64,000 nt of DNA from Desulfurococcaceae archaeon (GTDB lineage Archaea; Thermoproteota; Thermoprotei_A; Sulfolobales; Desulfurococcaceae): assembly GCA_038888155.1 (NCBI GenBank), contig JAWAJB010000002.1:96001-160000 (forward strand), read 5' to 3'. The notes under the pieces were generated by a model, which saw nothing but the letters and a program-made list of their open reading frames with translations, did not search any database and was not told where the DNA came from. Numbering within the stretch: the stretch's first letter is position 1; every line of letters starts with the position of its first letter. Positions 38,920 to 49,503 of this stretch are shown one piece after another. The position numbers and the translations under genes are program-made.

Positions 38920-39661
38920 CCCTGCTCACTAGCCCTGTTAACCTTTTTTCAATAGTATCTATCAAGGAGTTAATCGCGAGTAAAGTCATGGATAAAACGA
39001 AAATTACGGCAAGCAAATGGCTCATCTTTAGCGAAGTTGCATATAGCAAAGCAATATAACCTAGTCCATTTGATAAGGCCAACATTTCAACCACGAAGAC
39101 GGTCTTCCACACCATTATTGCCTCGGTTTTTATTGATGGCAAGAGTAGTGTTAGTATATAAGGCAACACAATGTACCTATACTTAGTGAGTTTCTTCGTA
39201 CAATATACGTTAGCTATATCGAGTAAGTCCTTATCAAATACTCTAAAGGAATTAATTACTCCATAAAGTATTGGGGGGTATGAACACATAAATGAGGCAA
39301 CTAGCGGCAATGTAAGCTCGTTAATCCCAATAAGCACTATCAAAACAGGTATCCAGGCGACAGAGGGGACCGAAAACATCAACGTTGCTAATGGGGATAC
39401 GTAATCGACCATGTTCTTTCTAATTACCATGAACAATCCAGTTATCAAGCCAAAGAGCAATCCTGCAATAAATCCAAGCGTTGATCTAAACAAGGTTTTA
39501 ATGTAATGGTTTACTAGCGCAAGTATGAAATAGTAGTCAGCGAAGTTTCCGACAATTTCCGTGAGAGGGGGGAAAAGGGCAGGTAATTGAATAAAGTACC
39601 TCGCGAGTAGCTCCCAGAGAAGGGCAAGAATAGCTATAGATACAACGCTTCTTGAGTTCAT
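38903..39661 (-). CDS. ABC transporter permease (NitT/TauT/SsuC type)
   Basis: LWELL...LFPP, VPSVAWIP, VVEML...GLG. Confidence 0.9.
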   Translation of the reverse strand: MNSRSVVSIAILALLWELLARYFIQLPALFPPLTEIVGNFADYYFILALVNHYIKTLFRSTLGFIAGLLFGLITGLFMVIRKNMVDYVSPLATLMFSVPSVAWIPVLIVLIGINELTLPLVASFMCSYPPILYGVINSFRVFDKDLLDIANVYCTKKLTKYRYIVLPYILTLLLPSIKTEAIMVWKTVFVVEMLALSNGLGYIALLYATSLKMSHLLAVIFVLSMTLLAINSLIDTIEKRLTGLVSRGDAVE

Positions 39662-39667
39662 ATGGGC

Positions 39668-40618
39668 TCACTCGATGTTAGTAACAACTATCTCGTTTGC
39701 ATCGAGCCTTTTCTCGAGAATTCTGTGTCTAAACATGAAGTCAATGTATTCCTGGATCTCATTTATATGTATGTCCGATGTCCATTCTATAGCCTCTACG
39801 GACCTCAACGCTGTGTCAGTGTCTATCTCCAATTCCCTAGAGCTAGACATTGCAGCGAGGGATTTGTTCGCCGATGCAAGCCTCAACGCCGTTCTCGTTA
39901 TTTCAACAAGCATTCTTACAGCCTCCCGCCTCTCTCTTAAAGCATCGCCACGGACAACTAAGTAGCTACCGGGCATGTTAGGCCATATATCCTGGGCTCT
40001 CAGCAAAATCTTCATTCCTAGAGACTCAGCCAAGCTTGCGTAGTGCTCAGGCAAGGATACGGCGTTAATTTGACCTGCAATTAACATTGATAAAGCCACT
40101 TGGGGGTCTCCGATCGGTCTGATATCGAAGACAAGTCCACGTAAGTCTTGTAATTTTAAAAGCAATAAGGTTGTAGGGGCCACAACGCCACCTATTGAGT
40201 ACACAACTGATCCATTCAGCTGGTCAACACTTTTAATTCTATCGGGCTTAACTACAATTGCATATCCATAATTGTGGGTTTTCAAGACAATTTTCACATC
40301 TACCCCAATATCTATTAAGTTTAATATTGGGCCCAGACAAGAATACCCAGCATCTACTTCTCCTCGAGCAATAGCAGATGCAAGCTCTACTCCGCTTCTG
40401 AACTTAAAGAGCCTTGAAATGTTTAACCCATATTTGGCCGGAAGATCCTCATATATTGCGATCCATATTGGCGTGGAATGGGCATTGAGCTCCACTCCCA
40501 ATTTGATGCTATGAACTTTGATCTCCCCCTTCTCACGATACGTTTCAGTTACAACGTTAATACAAACAATTCCAACTAACATTATAACAATGAGAATGCA
40601 TGTATACTTCGTGCTCAA
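39668..40618 (-). CDS. ABC substrate-binding protein (NitT/TauT/NMT1-like)
   Basis: N-terminal anchor; FRSGVELASAIARGEVDAG, GQINAVSLPEH. Confidence 0.85.
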   Translation of the reverse strand: MSTKYTCILIVIMLVGIVCINVVTETYREKGEIKVHSIKLGVELNAHSTPIWIAIYEDLPAKYGLNISRLFKFRSGVELASAIARGEVDAGYSCLGPILNLIDIGVDVKIVLKTHNYGYAIVVKPDRIKSVDQLNGSVVYSIGGVVAPTTLLLLKLQDLRGLVFDIRPIGDPQVALSMLIAGQINAVSLPEHYASLAESLGMKILLRAQDIWPNMPGSYLVVRGDALRERREAVRMLVEITRTALRLASANKSLAAMSSSRELEIDTDTALRSVEAIEWTSDIHINEIQEYIDFMFRHRILEKRLDANEIVVTNIE

Positions 40619-40619
40619 C

Positions 40620-41639
40620 TTATTTCGCCTTTTCTTGTCTTATTTCAAGGAATGACCGCAATAGGCCACCTTCTCCCAAGGACAGCACATAATCCTTTGG
40701 GATCTTGACTCCAGCTGAAATCCAAGGTAAGACTATGTCTAGTATATTTTCATTGGGATATTTAATTATACCTGAGGATACACCTATTACAGGTTTATTG
40801 TCTATATAGGCTATCATGCTCATAGTAGTCGGCTTAATAGGTATGCCATAAGCCACTATTTCGCTTGCTATAAGCTCAATTGATTTCGGGGTGTAATCGG
40901 TGGGATCAACGCTCATGCCCCCGGTCACAACAACTGCATCGTAAGTTTTAATGAATGAAACTATTTTGTCAGCTATCTCTTTTAGATCATCTCTAGCAAA
41001 GTCCACGTCGGCTAATTCGCAGTCATATTGTTTTAGCTTCATAGCAACTACCGGTGTACACATATCTTCGCGCACTCCTTCGACAATTTCTGTGCCAGTA
41101 ACTAATAACGCAACCTTTGGTTTCTTTGAAGGAACAACCCTTAATAAAGGCCCATTAACCACTCTTTTTTGGAGTTCGTCCAGAGATGATTTCTTAACTG
41201 TTAATGGAATTAAGTCTACGACTCCAATTAGGTCTCCCCTTTTGACATAGCTACCATTTCTCAGAGTTACTACTACAAACAAGCCAGACGAGTTCAACTT
41301 ATATAATCGGCTAGACTCTACTAACAATAACCCATTTGCTAGTGCATGAAGATTTGCTTTACCCTCCTCGAATAATTTCACTTCAACGTTTTCTCCAGAA
41401 ATTATTTCGCCAAGCCATTTTACGGCCTCCACTTCGTGGACGTAATCTCCACTAGCAGTATTATCTACCTCAATGTAAACATAGTAGTGCCCGCAATTCT
41501 TTAGAACCTCTACATCGCCATGATTTATGAGATCTCCTCGCCTTTTAACTGCTCCCTTATATCCGGGCTCAATACATGTATAATCATGTGCCAATCTTTT
41601 CCCAACGGCATCCGTGACTCTAACGGGTACTATCAACAA
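40620..41639 (-). CDS. MoeA-like molybdopterin-binding protein
   Basis: AVGKRLAHD, VTGTE, TGGMSVDPTD; family often found with Mo-hydroxylase clusters. Confidence 0.8.
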   Translation of the reverse strand: MLIVPVRVTDAVGKRLAHDYTCIEPGYKGAVKRRGDLINHGDVEVLKNCGHYYVYIEVDNTASGDYVHEVEAVKWLGEIISGENVEVKLFEEGKANLHALANGLLLVESSRLYKLNSSGLFVVVTLRNGSYVKRGDLIGVVDLIPLTVKKSSLDELQKRVVNGPLLRVVPSKKPKVALLVTGTEIVEGVREDMCTPVVAMKLKQYDCELADVDFARDDLKEIADKIVSFIKTYDAVVVTGGMSVDPTDYTPKSIELIASEIVAYGIPIKPTTMSMIAYIDNKPVIGVSSGIIKYPNENILDIVLPWISAGVKIPKDYVLSLGEGGLLRSFLEIRQEKAK

Positions 41640-41950
41640 TCGTCACCATGAATTGATTGACGTTTCCTTTTAATTATTAAATTGATGTCTATAAAATTAT
41701 GGACATATAGCAGAGACCTTACTAGAGATAGTACCCCTTAATCCTCTAGAACAGTATAGTCTACACTATCCAAAGTACGAGGAGCCCGATCGCTCATTAA
41801 AAGCTATAATACAGATATGAAGTAGTTTGTTTAAATAAATACTATTGTTCTAAAATTAGTCATTACAGATTTTATTGCTTAACAAAGTACAAAGAGGGCA
41901 TGCAATCGCTAGAAAATTCACAGAGTAGCTGTGAATTAATAATGTTGTTT

Positions 41951-42934
41951 TTATGGCGCAGAGCTAAGTTTAGGACATAGAGGATCTCCAGCGTTTAGCC
42001 CTCCCTTTAAGATGTAGGATCTAGCAAAGCACCCTCCTCTGCATCCTAATGATATATTGCACATTTTACATGCAAGGGGCAACTGAGGAGGATTTCTTAC
42101 TGTTTTAACCAGAACGCTATTTCTAAAGTCACTATATACATCTATGAGGCGTCTTCCTCTTATATTAGTGATCTTAAAATCAAGTATGTCACACAGTAGA
42201 ACGTTTCCAGCGGGGTCTATATCCATTCCACTCATATTCCTACAGAAGGAAGATCCAATTCCTAGGCCTAGCGAAGGTATCCAAGGGGTACACCAAGCAG
42301 ATACTTTTAGCCCATATTCGTGTGCTCGTTCAAGTGTTTTCTTAAGCGCCTCTAGGTATTCATTAGCAGAAATAAATATCTTCGTTTGGGTAGCCCTTCC
42401 AGACGGCATTACTGGTATTAATGCAAGCTCATCGGCGTCTATTTTAACAGCATAATCCACAACTTCGTATAGTGACCTATAGTTAATTTTATTAACTGTT
42501 GTAACAATGGAAATAGAGCCTAGGCGTCTTTTCAACAGCTCTACGCCGCTTGTAGTCGCCTCATATGTCCACTTACCTCTAATATCGTTGTGAATATGTT
42601 TTGGTCCCTCAACTGTTACAAAAACATACGTTTCGGTCTTATAGAGCAAGTTTGCAATGTCTTCGGACACTACCGTGCCATTTGTGATAATGCTTTTATC
42701 GACGTCGTAGTCGCTCAACGACTCCAGTATGAAGGACAAATGTGGATGTATTAGTGGTTCTCCTCCCGTTAGATTTACGTATTCAACACCAGATTCGCCT
42801 ATTTCTCTAGCCAGCCTCAGCTTTTCTGTGAGGTCAAGCTCTTCAAGGTTCCGAAATCTGTGGGTATAGCAGTGTAGACAGTCTAGGTTACACATTGCAG
42901 TGAAAATCCATATAATGTGCTCAGGTTTATTCAA
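41951..42934 (-). CDS. Radical SAM/SPASM domain protein
   Basis: CNLDCLHC, TGGEP, C-terminal CKMC...CRGGC...DPLCP. Confidence 0.92.
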   Translation of the reverse strand: MNKPEHIIWIFTAMCNLDCLHCYTHRFRNLEELDLTEKLRLAREIGESGVEYVNLTGGEPLIHPHLSFILESLSDYDVDKSIITNGTVVSEDIANLLYKTETYVFVTVEGPKHIHNDIRGKWTYEATTSGVELLKRRLGSISIVTTVNKINYRSLYEVVDYAVKIDADELALIPVMPSGRATQTKIFISANEYLEALKKTLERAHEYGLKVSAWCTPWIPSLGLGIGSSFCRNMSGMDIDPAGNVLLCDILDFKITNIRGRRLIDVYSDFRNSVLVKTVRNPPQLPLACKMCNISLGCRGGCFARSYILKGGLNAGDPLCPKLSSAP

Positions 42935-43068
42935 GCTTTCATCCTTATAACTACTTAAATTGACCAGAATGCCACTTTAAAATACATATCTTAGAGATTA
43001 AAATATACAGTTTATAAGGGAAGAGAACAATAATTCAGAAGTACGTGGAAAGTAAGCGCTTGATATAG

Positions 43069-43884
43069 GTGTCCTTGATAATTTGTTATGAATATAATTC
43101 AAAGATAAAACTCTTTAAGAAGGTCAGCAAGTTCGCTACCTTCTTAAAGGTTAGTTTCATTAAGTTTGCTGTATCATTTGCCAACAGGAGGCTTGTCTTC
43201 ATAATACCTGTTGCCATCGTGGAAAAAGCGCTAGACAATCTTTCACATGTCTTAGTAGATTGCGACTACTTCCACGTCAAAAAACTAACACCCAGCGATG
43301 GTCATTTAATTATTGATGGAGGAGCATTCCTAGGATACTACACAGTAGCTTCTTCCGCACTATCTAATAATAAGGCACTTGTGATCTCCTTTGAGCCGAA
43401 CACGGAGATTGTTCCAGTCCTCAGCATGAACGTTGAATTAAACAAGGCCCGTATAGCGAAAATATACCCATATGCTCTTTGTCCTCAAAGTGGTAGCACG
43501 AATCTTTATGTAGGCGCATACCCAGCAGTATCCTCGGTTATAAGGGAACACGTTGAAAATTACACAAGTGTTGAAAAAACTATAGAAGTTAGATGTGTTA
43601 AACTTAGCTCTCTCTTAAGTTTTCTATCTTATGTCGATTTGCTGAAGCTTGACATTGAGGGACTAGAGTTAGATGTAATTCGTGAAGCAGGAAGAGAGTT
43701 GACCCGAGTGGGGGGAATGGTGGTAGAAATTCATAAGGATATCGTCGAGCCCTATGAGGTAGAAAACATTGTGAGAGAACATGGTTTTGATGTAGCCGTT
43801 CTATATACTTCAAGCGAGATGGACGATCAAGCGATCCTCTATGCTTATCGAAGCCGAACTCCCGGCTATCTGCTTTGGAGGTAG
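43069..43884 (+). CDS. FkbM family methyltransferase
   Basis: IIDGGAFLGYY, SFEPN, LLKLDIEGLE, VEIH. Confidence 0.88.
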   Translation: MSLIICYEYNSKIKLFKKVSKFATFLKVSFIKFAVSFANRRLVFIIPVAIVEKALDNLSHVLVDCDYFHVKKLTPSDGHLIIDGGAFLGYYTVASSALSNNKALVISFEPNTEIVPVLSMNVELNKARIAKIYPYALCPQSGSTNLYVGAYPAVSSVIREHVENYTSVEKTIEVRCVKLSSLLSFLSYVDLLKLDIEGLELDVIREAGRELTRVGGMVVEIHKDIVEPYEVENIVREHGFDVAVLYTSSEMDDQAILYAYRSRTPGYLLWR

Positions 43885-43921
43885 TTAAGTGTTAAGCCAT
43901 TTTCTCATGTCTGTGTAGCTC

Positions 43922-44380
43922 TTATTTGAATATATTAAGTACATTGGGCTTTAGGTATTTCATTAAATCTGATGTTCTGACCTTGAACAATTTATTAAGA
44001 GCGCCACCACCGCATAAAATGTGCTCTTTCTCCAATACATAGGGGTCTAGTACAACTTTGACGCCTCTGACCTTAGATGATATGGGCGTAACAGCACCCA
44101 CTTCAACGCCAAGAACTTCGCTAACTTCTTTTGGGTTAGCTAGCACTAAATTTGTTCCTAATAGCTGTGTTGCTTTCTTAAAGTCTATTTTCCTGTCTCC
44201 TCGTGCAATAGCTATGAAGTAGTTATGATTGCCCCTCAATAATATGGTCTTGATAATGCTATCGGGGCCCTCATTACTGAGCCTACTTGCCTTCTCTACA
44301 GTCTCGACAGTATCGCTGAACTCCAACACTTCAACTTCAATACCTTCAACAATCGCTTTCTCCCTCTTTATCAAAGCCAT
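43922..44380 (-). CDS. YbaK/EbsC family aminoacyl-tRNA deacylase
   Basis: IIKTIL, GVEVGAVTP, CGGG. Confidence 0.9.
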   Translation of the reverse strand: MALIKREKAIVEGIEVEVLEFSDTVETVEKASRLSNEGPDSIIKTILLRGNHNYFIAIARGDRKIDFKKATQLLGTNLVLANPKEVSEVLGVEVGAVTPISSKVRGVKVVLDPYVLEKEHILCGGGALNKLFKVRTSDLMKYLKPNVLNIFK

Positions 44381-44609
44381 TTTAAAACCCCTTTCAATAT
44401 AACAAAAAGCGTTGAATCGATATAAATGTTGTAACTAGGATTTGCAATAGACAATGTTTAGATCACAACTATTAACAGCAAATCAAGAGCAGATCACGGG
44501 AATACACGGATTATAGTAGAGCAATAATCTAACGGCCTCATAAAATTAGAATTCATTCCAAACAATGTAGAACTTTGATAAAAATTGATCTAAGTTAGCA
44601 GTTGTCAAA

Positions 44610-45776
44610 TTATTTCTTGCCTTTAACCATATGTCCACGAGGAGTTTCTTGTATAATAATTTCCCTTATACCCCTTTCCTCGAGCATTATTCTCAGCTCC
44701 CTTAGCGCCCTAGTAGCTAAATCTGTGCCATAGGATCCTTTCTCAAAATCCTCGTCAATTGAACGCTTAATTGCTACAGATATTTGCTGTGCAATAACTG
44801 GACCATGCCTTTCCCTAATTCTGGCCATGATCATTTCAACCGCATTTTTTAAGTTCTCCTTTTCAATTAGCCTAATGCGGAATCTTATCTCTACTGTTGT
44901 ATTTTCGAGTTCGTGTATTATTTGTCCCAGTTCTTTGATCTCCCCGCTCTCAACTCTAGCCCTGAACATCTCCCTCACTCTTAGGGGCAATTTATCCAAA
45001 ATGTACCTGATCGGCGGTTCCCTACACTGGAGCGCGGCAGAAGTTATTGTCTCCCTTTTAGTGAATTGTTTGAATGTTAAGATCATCAGGCTGTGATAAG
45101 CCCTAACATACGTTCTAAAACCTACAACAGCATATTTAAAAGCTAGCGTTATATTTCCATCCTCTAGCAACTGCTTTGCACTACTTATCTTCTGATCTCC
45201 CGTTGCGAGTATTTCCCATGTTAGAGAGGTATTGTAGCCATTGGTTTCAGCGTACTTAATGGCATCCACCAATATTTCCCTTAGATCTTCACTTACATTA
45301 ATTCCCGCCTCCACAGTCTGGGGGATCACTGTGTTGTTCTCTCCAAGGTTGCTTGTTATAACTCTACCTAGGACAGCATTTGCTAGTGCGGGAGCATGGC
45401 TGTAATGAATTGAGGCCACAAATCCATACACAACAGCTTTCTTTGGTGCAACGCCACTGGTGTTTAAAGCTCTCTGAAGAAACGCGTCCCCTAACTCTAG
45501 CTGTACGATTGCTGATTTTACATCGTAGTTTGATTCCCATAAGAATAAGCTATAAGTTAAATTTCTAATAGTGTAAGCCAAATCAATCATCTGGTCAAAG
45601 CCTATATCAGACACTGTTTCTGTGTTGAGAACACCCCAGTTTCCTTCAAAAACAATCTCTGGTTTATCGATTGATGGACTTCCTTCAGCTGTAGAGGGGA
45701 TGGATATTAGCAAGCTAAACAATACCATCGATAACGCTAGAAGGCCTATATTTTCTTTACCAATCAATTTTCTCAC
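44610..45776 (-). CDS. Secreted or surface-associated helical hypothetical protein
   Basis: Signal-peptide-like N-terminus and several NxS/T sequons; no family recognised. Confidence 0.7.
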   Translation of the reverse strand: MRKLIGKENIGLLALSMVLFSLLISIPSTAEGSPSIDKPEIVFEGNWGVLNTETVSDIGFDQMIDLAYTIRNLTYSLFLWESNYDVKSAIVQLELGDAFLQRALNTSGVAPKKAVVYGFVASIHYSHAPALANAVLGRVITSNLGENNTVIPQTVEAGINVSEDLREILVDAIKYAETNGYNTSLTWEILATGDQKISSAKQLLEDGNITLAFKYAVVGFRTYVRAYHSLMILTFKQFTKRETITSAALQCREPPIRYILDKLPLRVREMFRARVESGEIKELGQIIHELENTTVEIRFRIRLIEKENLKNAVEMIMARIRERHGPVIAQQISVAIKRSIDEDFEKGSYGTDLATRALRELRIMLEERGIREIIIQETPRGHMVKGKK

Positions 45777-46059
45777 CCAAAACCCACTACGCGTTTGTTA
45801 AAAATAAGGGTCGACGCGGGAATTAGGTTGAAACTAAGACCTAGGAGGGTTGCAGATCGGATTAGTCTGTTTAAACGTCTTGGAACAATCGCTATAACTT
45901 TGATTTCAAGCTCGGCATTACAATGAAGGCATTTAAGAGTTATCTCTTAAACTCTTTAGCGCGAAATAACCTGGAGACGTCACTAATTTTGGAAGAGTAC
46001 CAACAATAAAAAAGTATTTCTCAAGACCTAGTCCAAGCAACTCTTACTTATTCCATTTG

Positions 46060-46488
46060 CTACTTGTTTTGCGTATCCGAAACTTTTTTTGCCCTTTCAG
46101 CGAACCTGCCTCTGTGAACTATAAAACGCTCATGTATGCCCTCTCCGATTAGTATATCTCCGAAATAAGCTTTCACTTCACAAGTAATTCGTCTACCGTC
46201 GCGTGCAGCTATCTTTGCCTCCACTTTAATTGTTGACCCAATAGGTGCTGGTTTTAAGTGCCTGACGTTAACGAGCGTGCCGACTGTAGTGTATTCCTGG
46301 GGCAGATGCTTATGAATGCAGCTAGCGGAAGTTTTCTCTATGAAAGCTATCATAGATGGGGTCGAAAGCACAGATGCCTCTCCGCTACCAATATGTCTTG
46401 CAGCATGCTCCTCTTTGACGAGGAACTCATCTACACAGACTGATCCAATTGGGATTTCAAAATCTATGCTGCTCATGCAATTCACCAA
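46060..46488 (-). CDS. Hotdog-fold thioesterase (FlK-like)
   Basis: VLSTPSMIAFIE, TTVGT, HLKPAPIG, GEGIHER. Confidence 0.88.
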   Translation of the reverse strand: MVNCMSSIDFEIPIGSVCVDEFLVKEEHAARHIGSGEASVLSTPSMIAFIEKTSASCIHKHLPQEYTTVGTLVNVRHLKPAPIGSTIKVEAKIAARDGRRITCEVKAYFGDILIGEGIHERFIVHRGRFAERAKKVSDTQNK

Positions 46489-46966
46489 GTTAGTACATAA
46501 TATAACATAATCCTATCAATTATATTTAAATCCTTAACAGTTTATTAGTTCGGCTGTTGCACATTATTCGCTGTTTCTATAAGAGAACGACCATAGTGGC
46601 TTAACAATATTTCACATATATTGTTTAGTCCCCAAGGTGATCTCATGACTCCCTAGGAAACGTCATCTAGAGCTAGAGCGACATTTTAATGGACTTAAAT
46701 ACCGTTGAGCCCGATCCAAAAATTTACATCTTCTCTATACGTATCTTAGCAGTTTTATGGTATTTGGCATAACACGCCTGAGCTCACAACCTAGAATTTT
46801 AAATAAGCCGCAAAGGTGCAAAAGATGCTAAAGCTATCTCCTGTTGTATTCAACGTTTTCTTAAATCCGAGAGGATCTTTCTCGGAAATTCGCGAATTTT
46901 TCAAAGATACCCAAAGAAGGTAGTGCTGAAGATTTATTAGGTTCTGCTGGTAGTCTTAATGATTCA

Positions 46967-47041
46967 GGGCCCGTCGTCTAGCCTGGTATGGACGCCGCCC
47001 TCACACGGCGGAGGTCCGGGGTTCAAATCCCCGCGGGCCCA
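46967..47041 (+). tRNA. tRNA-Val(CAC), intron-less, CCA not encoded
   Basis: GGGCCCG/CGGGCCC acceptor stem, anticodon arm CCGCC-CTCACAC-GGCGG, T-loop GTTCAAATC; TATA-like tttatta about 30 nt upstream. Confidence 0.97.
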
Positions 47042-47331
47042 TAGTTATAGTTGCATTTTATGTTTTGCCGGGCTCTTGAAACATTGGTGGATTTAAGTTA
47101 TGACTTTTTGACATCAAAAAAGGTTTTCCTGTCAAATTCCCCACTAAAAGTTGGAGCTGTTAATCTTGCCAGCTTAATCGAATTATATTCAGCTCAGCTA
47201 TATATAAATCTCACTAAAACTCCTGTGTGTAAATCTATTAAACATCGGAGCGTCTAAAGCACATAACTTAAACGCTGGTATATGCACGAGGATTTTATCT
47301 ATTTTAATGTGCCGCTGTCACTAAATTCTTG

Positions 47332-47865
47332 TTAATTTTGTACAGACTTGTGGAATTTTTTGCTTTTGAGCAACTTAATTAACAGCTCTTCGTGTTCCTT
47401 CTCTTCAATAATTATTTTATTCAGCAAGCTTTTTACGAAATCAGCGAGATCTTTGTTCAATCGACATTGTTCTATGTTAGCCTCAATAAGTGGCAATAGC
47501 AACCTCTGGTACGTCTCCTCTCCAATCGCACCCTCGATCCAACGCTGCCTATCTATGAAACTTTCTGGGCTCATATTTACCCCCTTTGATAGATTTAAGT
47601 GCATTTCTTCAAGGTCCTTCCATAGACTACCTAAGTGTTCCTCACAATTCGCTTTCTCGAATAACCCTAGCGACAAACCTATAAGCTCAAGGTATTGAGC
47701 ATGTTTCTCACTTTCAATCCCAATTTCTTTAAGTGATAGCCTTAGCAATACGTCATCCACTTTATTTCCGTAGAGGTTCAACAATTTTGAAATTGAAATT
47801 TCTAGTTGGTGTGCGCAATAGAAATTCATTTTGATCTCATGGCACAGATCCAAATCTATCTCCAT
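47332..47865 (-). CDS. Ferritin-like four-helix-bundle protein
   Basis: Paired E...ExxH motifs (ESEKH, EEKEH). Confidence 0.7.
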   Translation of the reverse strand: MEIDLDLCHEIKMNFYCAHQLEISISKLLNLYGNKVDDVLLRLSLKEIGIESEKHAQYLELIGLSLGLFEKANCEEHLGSLWKDLEEMHLNLSKGVNMSPESFIDRQRWIEGAIGEETYQRLLLPLIEANIEQCRLNKDLADFVKSLLNKIIIEEKEHEELLIKLLKSKKFHKSVQN

Positions 47866-48455
47866 CTCGATGTTAATATTAACCCTTTAATAATTTAGGT
47901 TCTTTTGCAAAATGTTCCACCGCTCATCAGCTGGTTGCTAAGATCTAACCTTGATGGCTGCCTATGTTCATTTATAGCTGTTTCTCACTTATAGCATGGT
48001 CACTGCTTAAAAGCTCCTTGCACCCATTTCTGCAATATTTAACTCGGGATGGATAGTGGGATAGATTGAATTGAAAACAAAGCCTTTTAATCTTAACATT
48101 AAGAGAAGTCTAGATCGAGCTAGAACTCGTCGATACATGTTATTGATTTGATCATCTAGTTCGCACACCATTTTCTTGTGTAAAGTATTCGGTTTAATAG
48201 GGAACATCAACGTCTTCCCATCATGTTCTATCAAACTGCCCCTTCGTCAGTCCTACTTATGTTGATCTCAGTTATCAACTTACCAAATCAGATACCAGCA
48301 TTAAAGAATTCCTTTTTCAGCTATCTTACTTCGAACGAATATTTCGACTCTTAGTTCAATATATATTTTGAGAAAAACCAGGACAGTTTAGGTGTTCTTT
48401 ATAAGTTTTTAAATTTTACTATATAATAAGAATAGCGAGGTGTGAGGATGAACTC

Positions 48456-49454
48456 TTGTTTCACAGCTTAGACGGCAGGCATGTTCTTGTGAGAGCGCCA
48501 GCATCTATAGCCAATATAGGTCCAGGGTTTGACATCCTCGCAATGGCTATAAAAGGCCTTTATGATGAAGTGCTAGTTTCGATCAAATCGGGTTCGGGGA
48601 TTATAACAGTTACATCACAGGGGTTTAATGTTCCATCGGGGAAAGATAATGTTGCCTATGCGGTAGCTAACGAGTTTATTTCGAGATATAACATAAAGGA
48701 TGTTGACACATACATTGAGGTTCGCAAGGGGATCCCGACGTCCTGCGGACTGGGTAGCTCGGGAGCAACTTCTGCAGCGGTTGCATATGCTCTCTCCAAG
48801 GTATTCTCGTTGAATTTAAGAGACGATGAACTCTTAGATCTTGCTAGTGTAGGAGAATTTCACGTTTCCGGCTCTAAACACTATGACAACGTCGCAGCAA
48901 GTTTGTACGGCGGGTTAACTATTGTAGAACCTACTACTAGGAATGTCTTTAAATATGTGCCAACAACTCCTATAAATATTGCTGTTATTATCCCCTCAGT
49001 AGTTGAGCTACAAGGCATTAAAAAGACTAAGTATTCGCGTTCACTTCTTCCACAGCAAATAGGGCTTGACACACATGTTAGGCAGACATCGGCCATTGCT
49101 TTGCTAATATATGCCCTTTTCACTAACAACGTAGAGCTACTTGGAAAGGCTGTGTCCGTGGACTACATTGCAGAGCCGCACAGGTCTAAAATTATCCCAT
49201 ACTACTCAGAATTAAAGGATCTGGCCCTACAGGGCGGGGCACTGGGCTTTAATATATCTGGTGCGGGGCCTGCAGTATTTACTATACACAGAAATATGGA
49301 TGATGCTAAGAGGGCAGCTAGCCGACTTGCAAAGTTCCTTGAATTGAAAGGAGTAAAAGCGTATGCGTATACGACAACAGTATCTTCATCTGGTGCAGAG
49401 CTACTTGCTCGAGAACTCAATAGAGCCGAGAACTTAGACACTCTTTTCCAATAA
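48456..49454 (+). CDS. thrB: Homoserine kinase
   Basis: APASIANIGPGFD, GLGSSGA, HYDNVA, ISGAGP. Confidence 0.95.
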   Translation: MFHSLDGRHVLVRAPASIANIGPGFDILAMAIKGLYDEVLVSIKSGSGIITVTSQGFNVPSGKDNVAYAVANEFISRYNIKDVDTYIEVRKGIPTSCGLGSSGATSAAVAYALSKVFSLNLRDDELLDLASVGEFHVSGSKHYDNVAASLYGGLTIVEPTTRNVFKYVPTTPINIAVIIPSVVELQGIKKTKYSRSLLPQQIGLDTHVRQTSAIALLIYALFTNNVELLGKAVSVDYIAEPHRSKIIPYYSELKDLALQGGALGFNISGAGPAVFTIHRNMDDAKRAASRLAKFLELKGVKAYAYTTTVSSSGAELLARELNRAENLDTLFQ

Positions 49455-49503
49455 TGTTCAATATATTAAAAGCCTGGAATTAGATGTTCATTGAGGGCAT
49501 TTA

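Noticed and set aside
41951-42934. Radical SAM/SPASM enzyme as maturase for the K/E micropeptides
   Set aside because: More than 26 kb away, with no adjacent precursor peptide or RRE/PqqD domain evident
46863-46898. Small hairpin tccgaga/tctcgga plus palindrome aaattcgcgaattt before the tRNA
   Set aside because: Short enough to arise by chance; no second copy noticed
46967-47041. tRNA-Val as attachment site of an integrated element
   Set aside because: No duplicated tRNA 3' end and no integrase seen in the window
48007-48234. 75-aa intergenic ORF
   Set aside because: TTG start without a clear RBS and no recognisable similarity; cannot be supported
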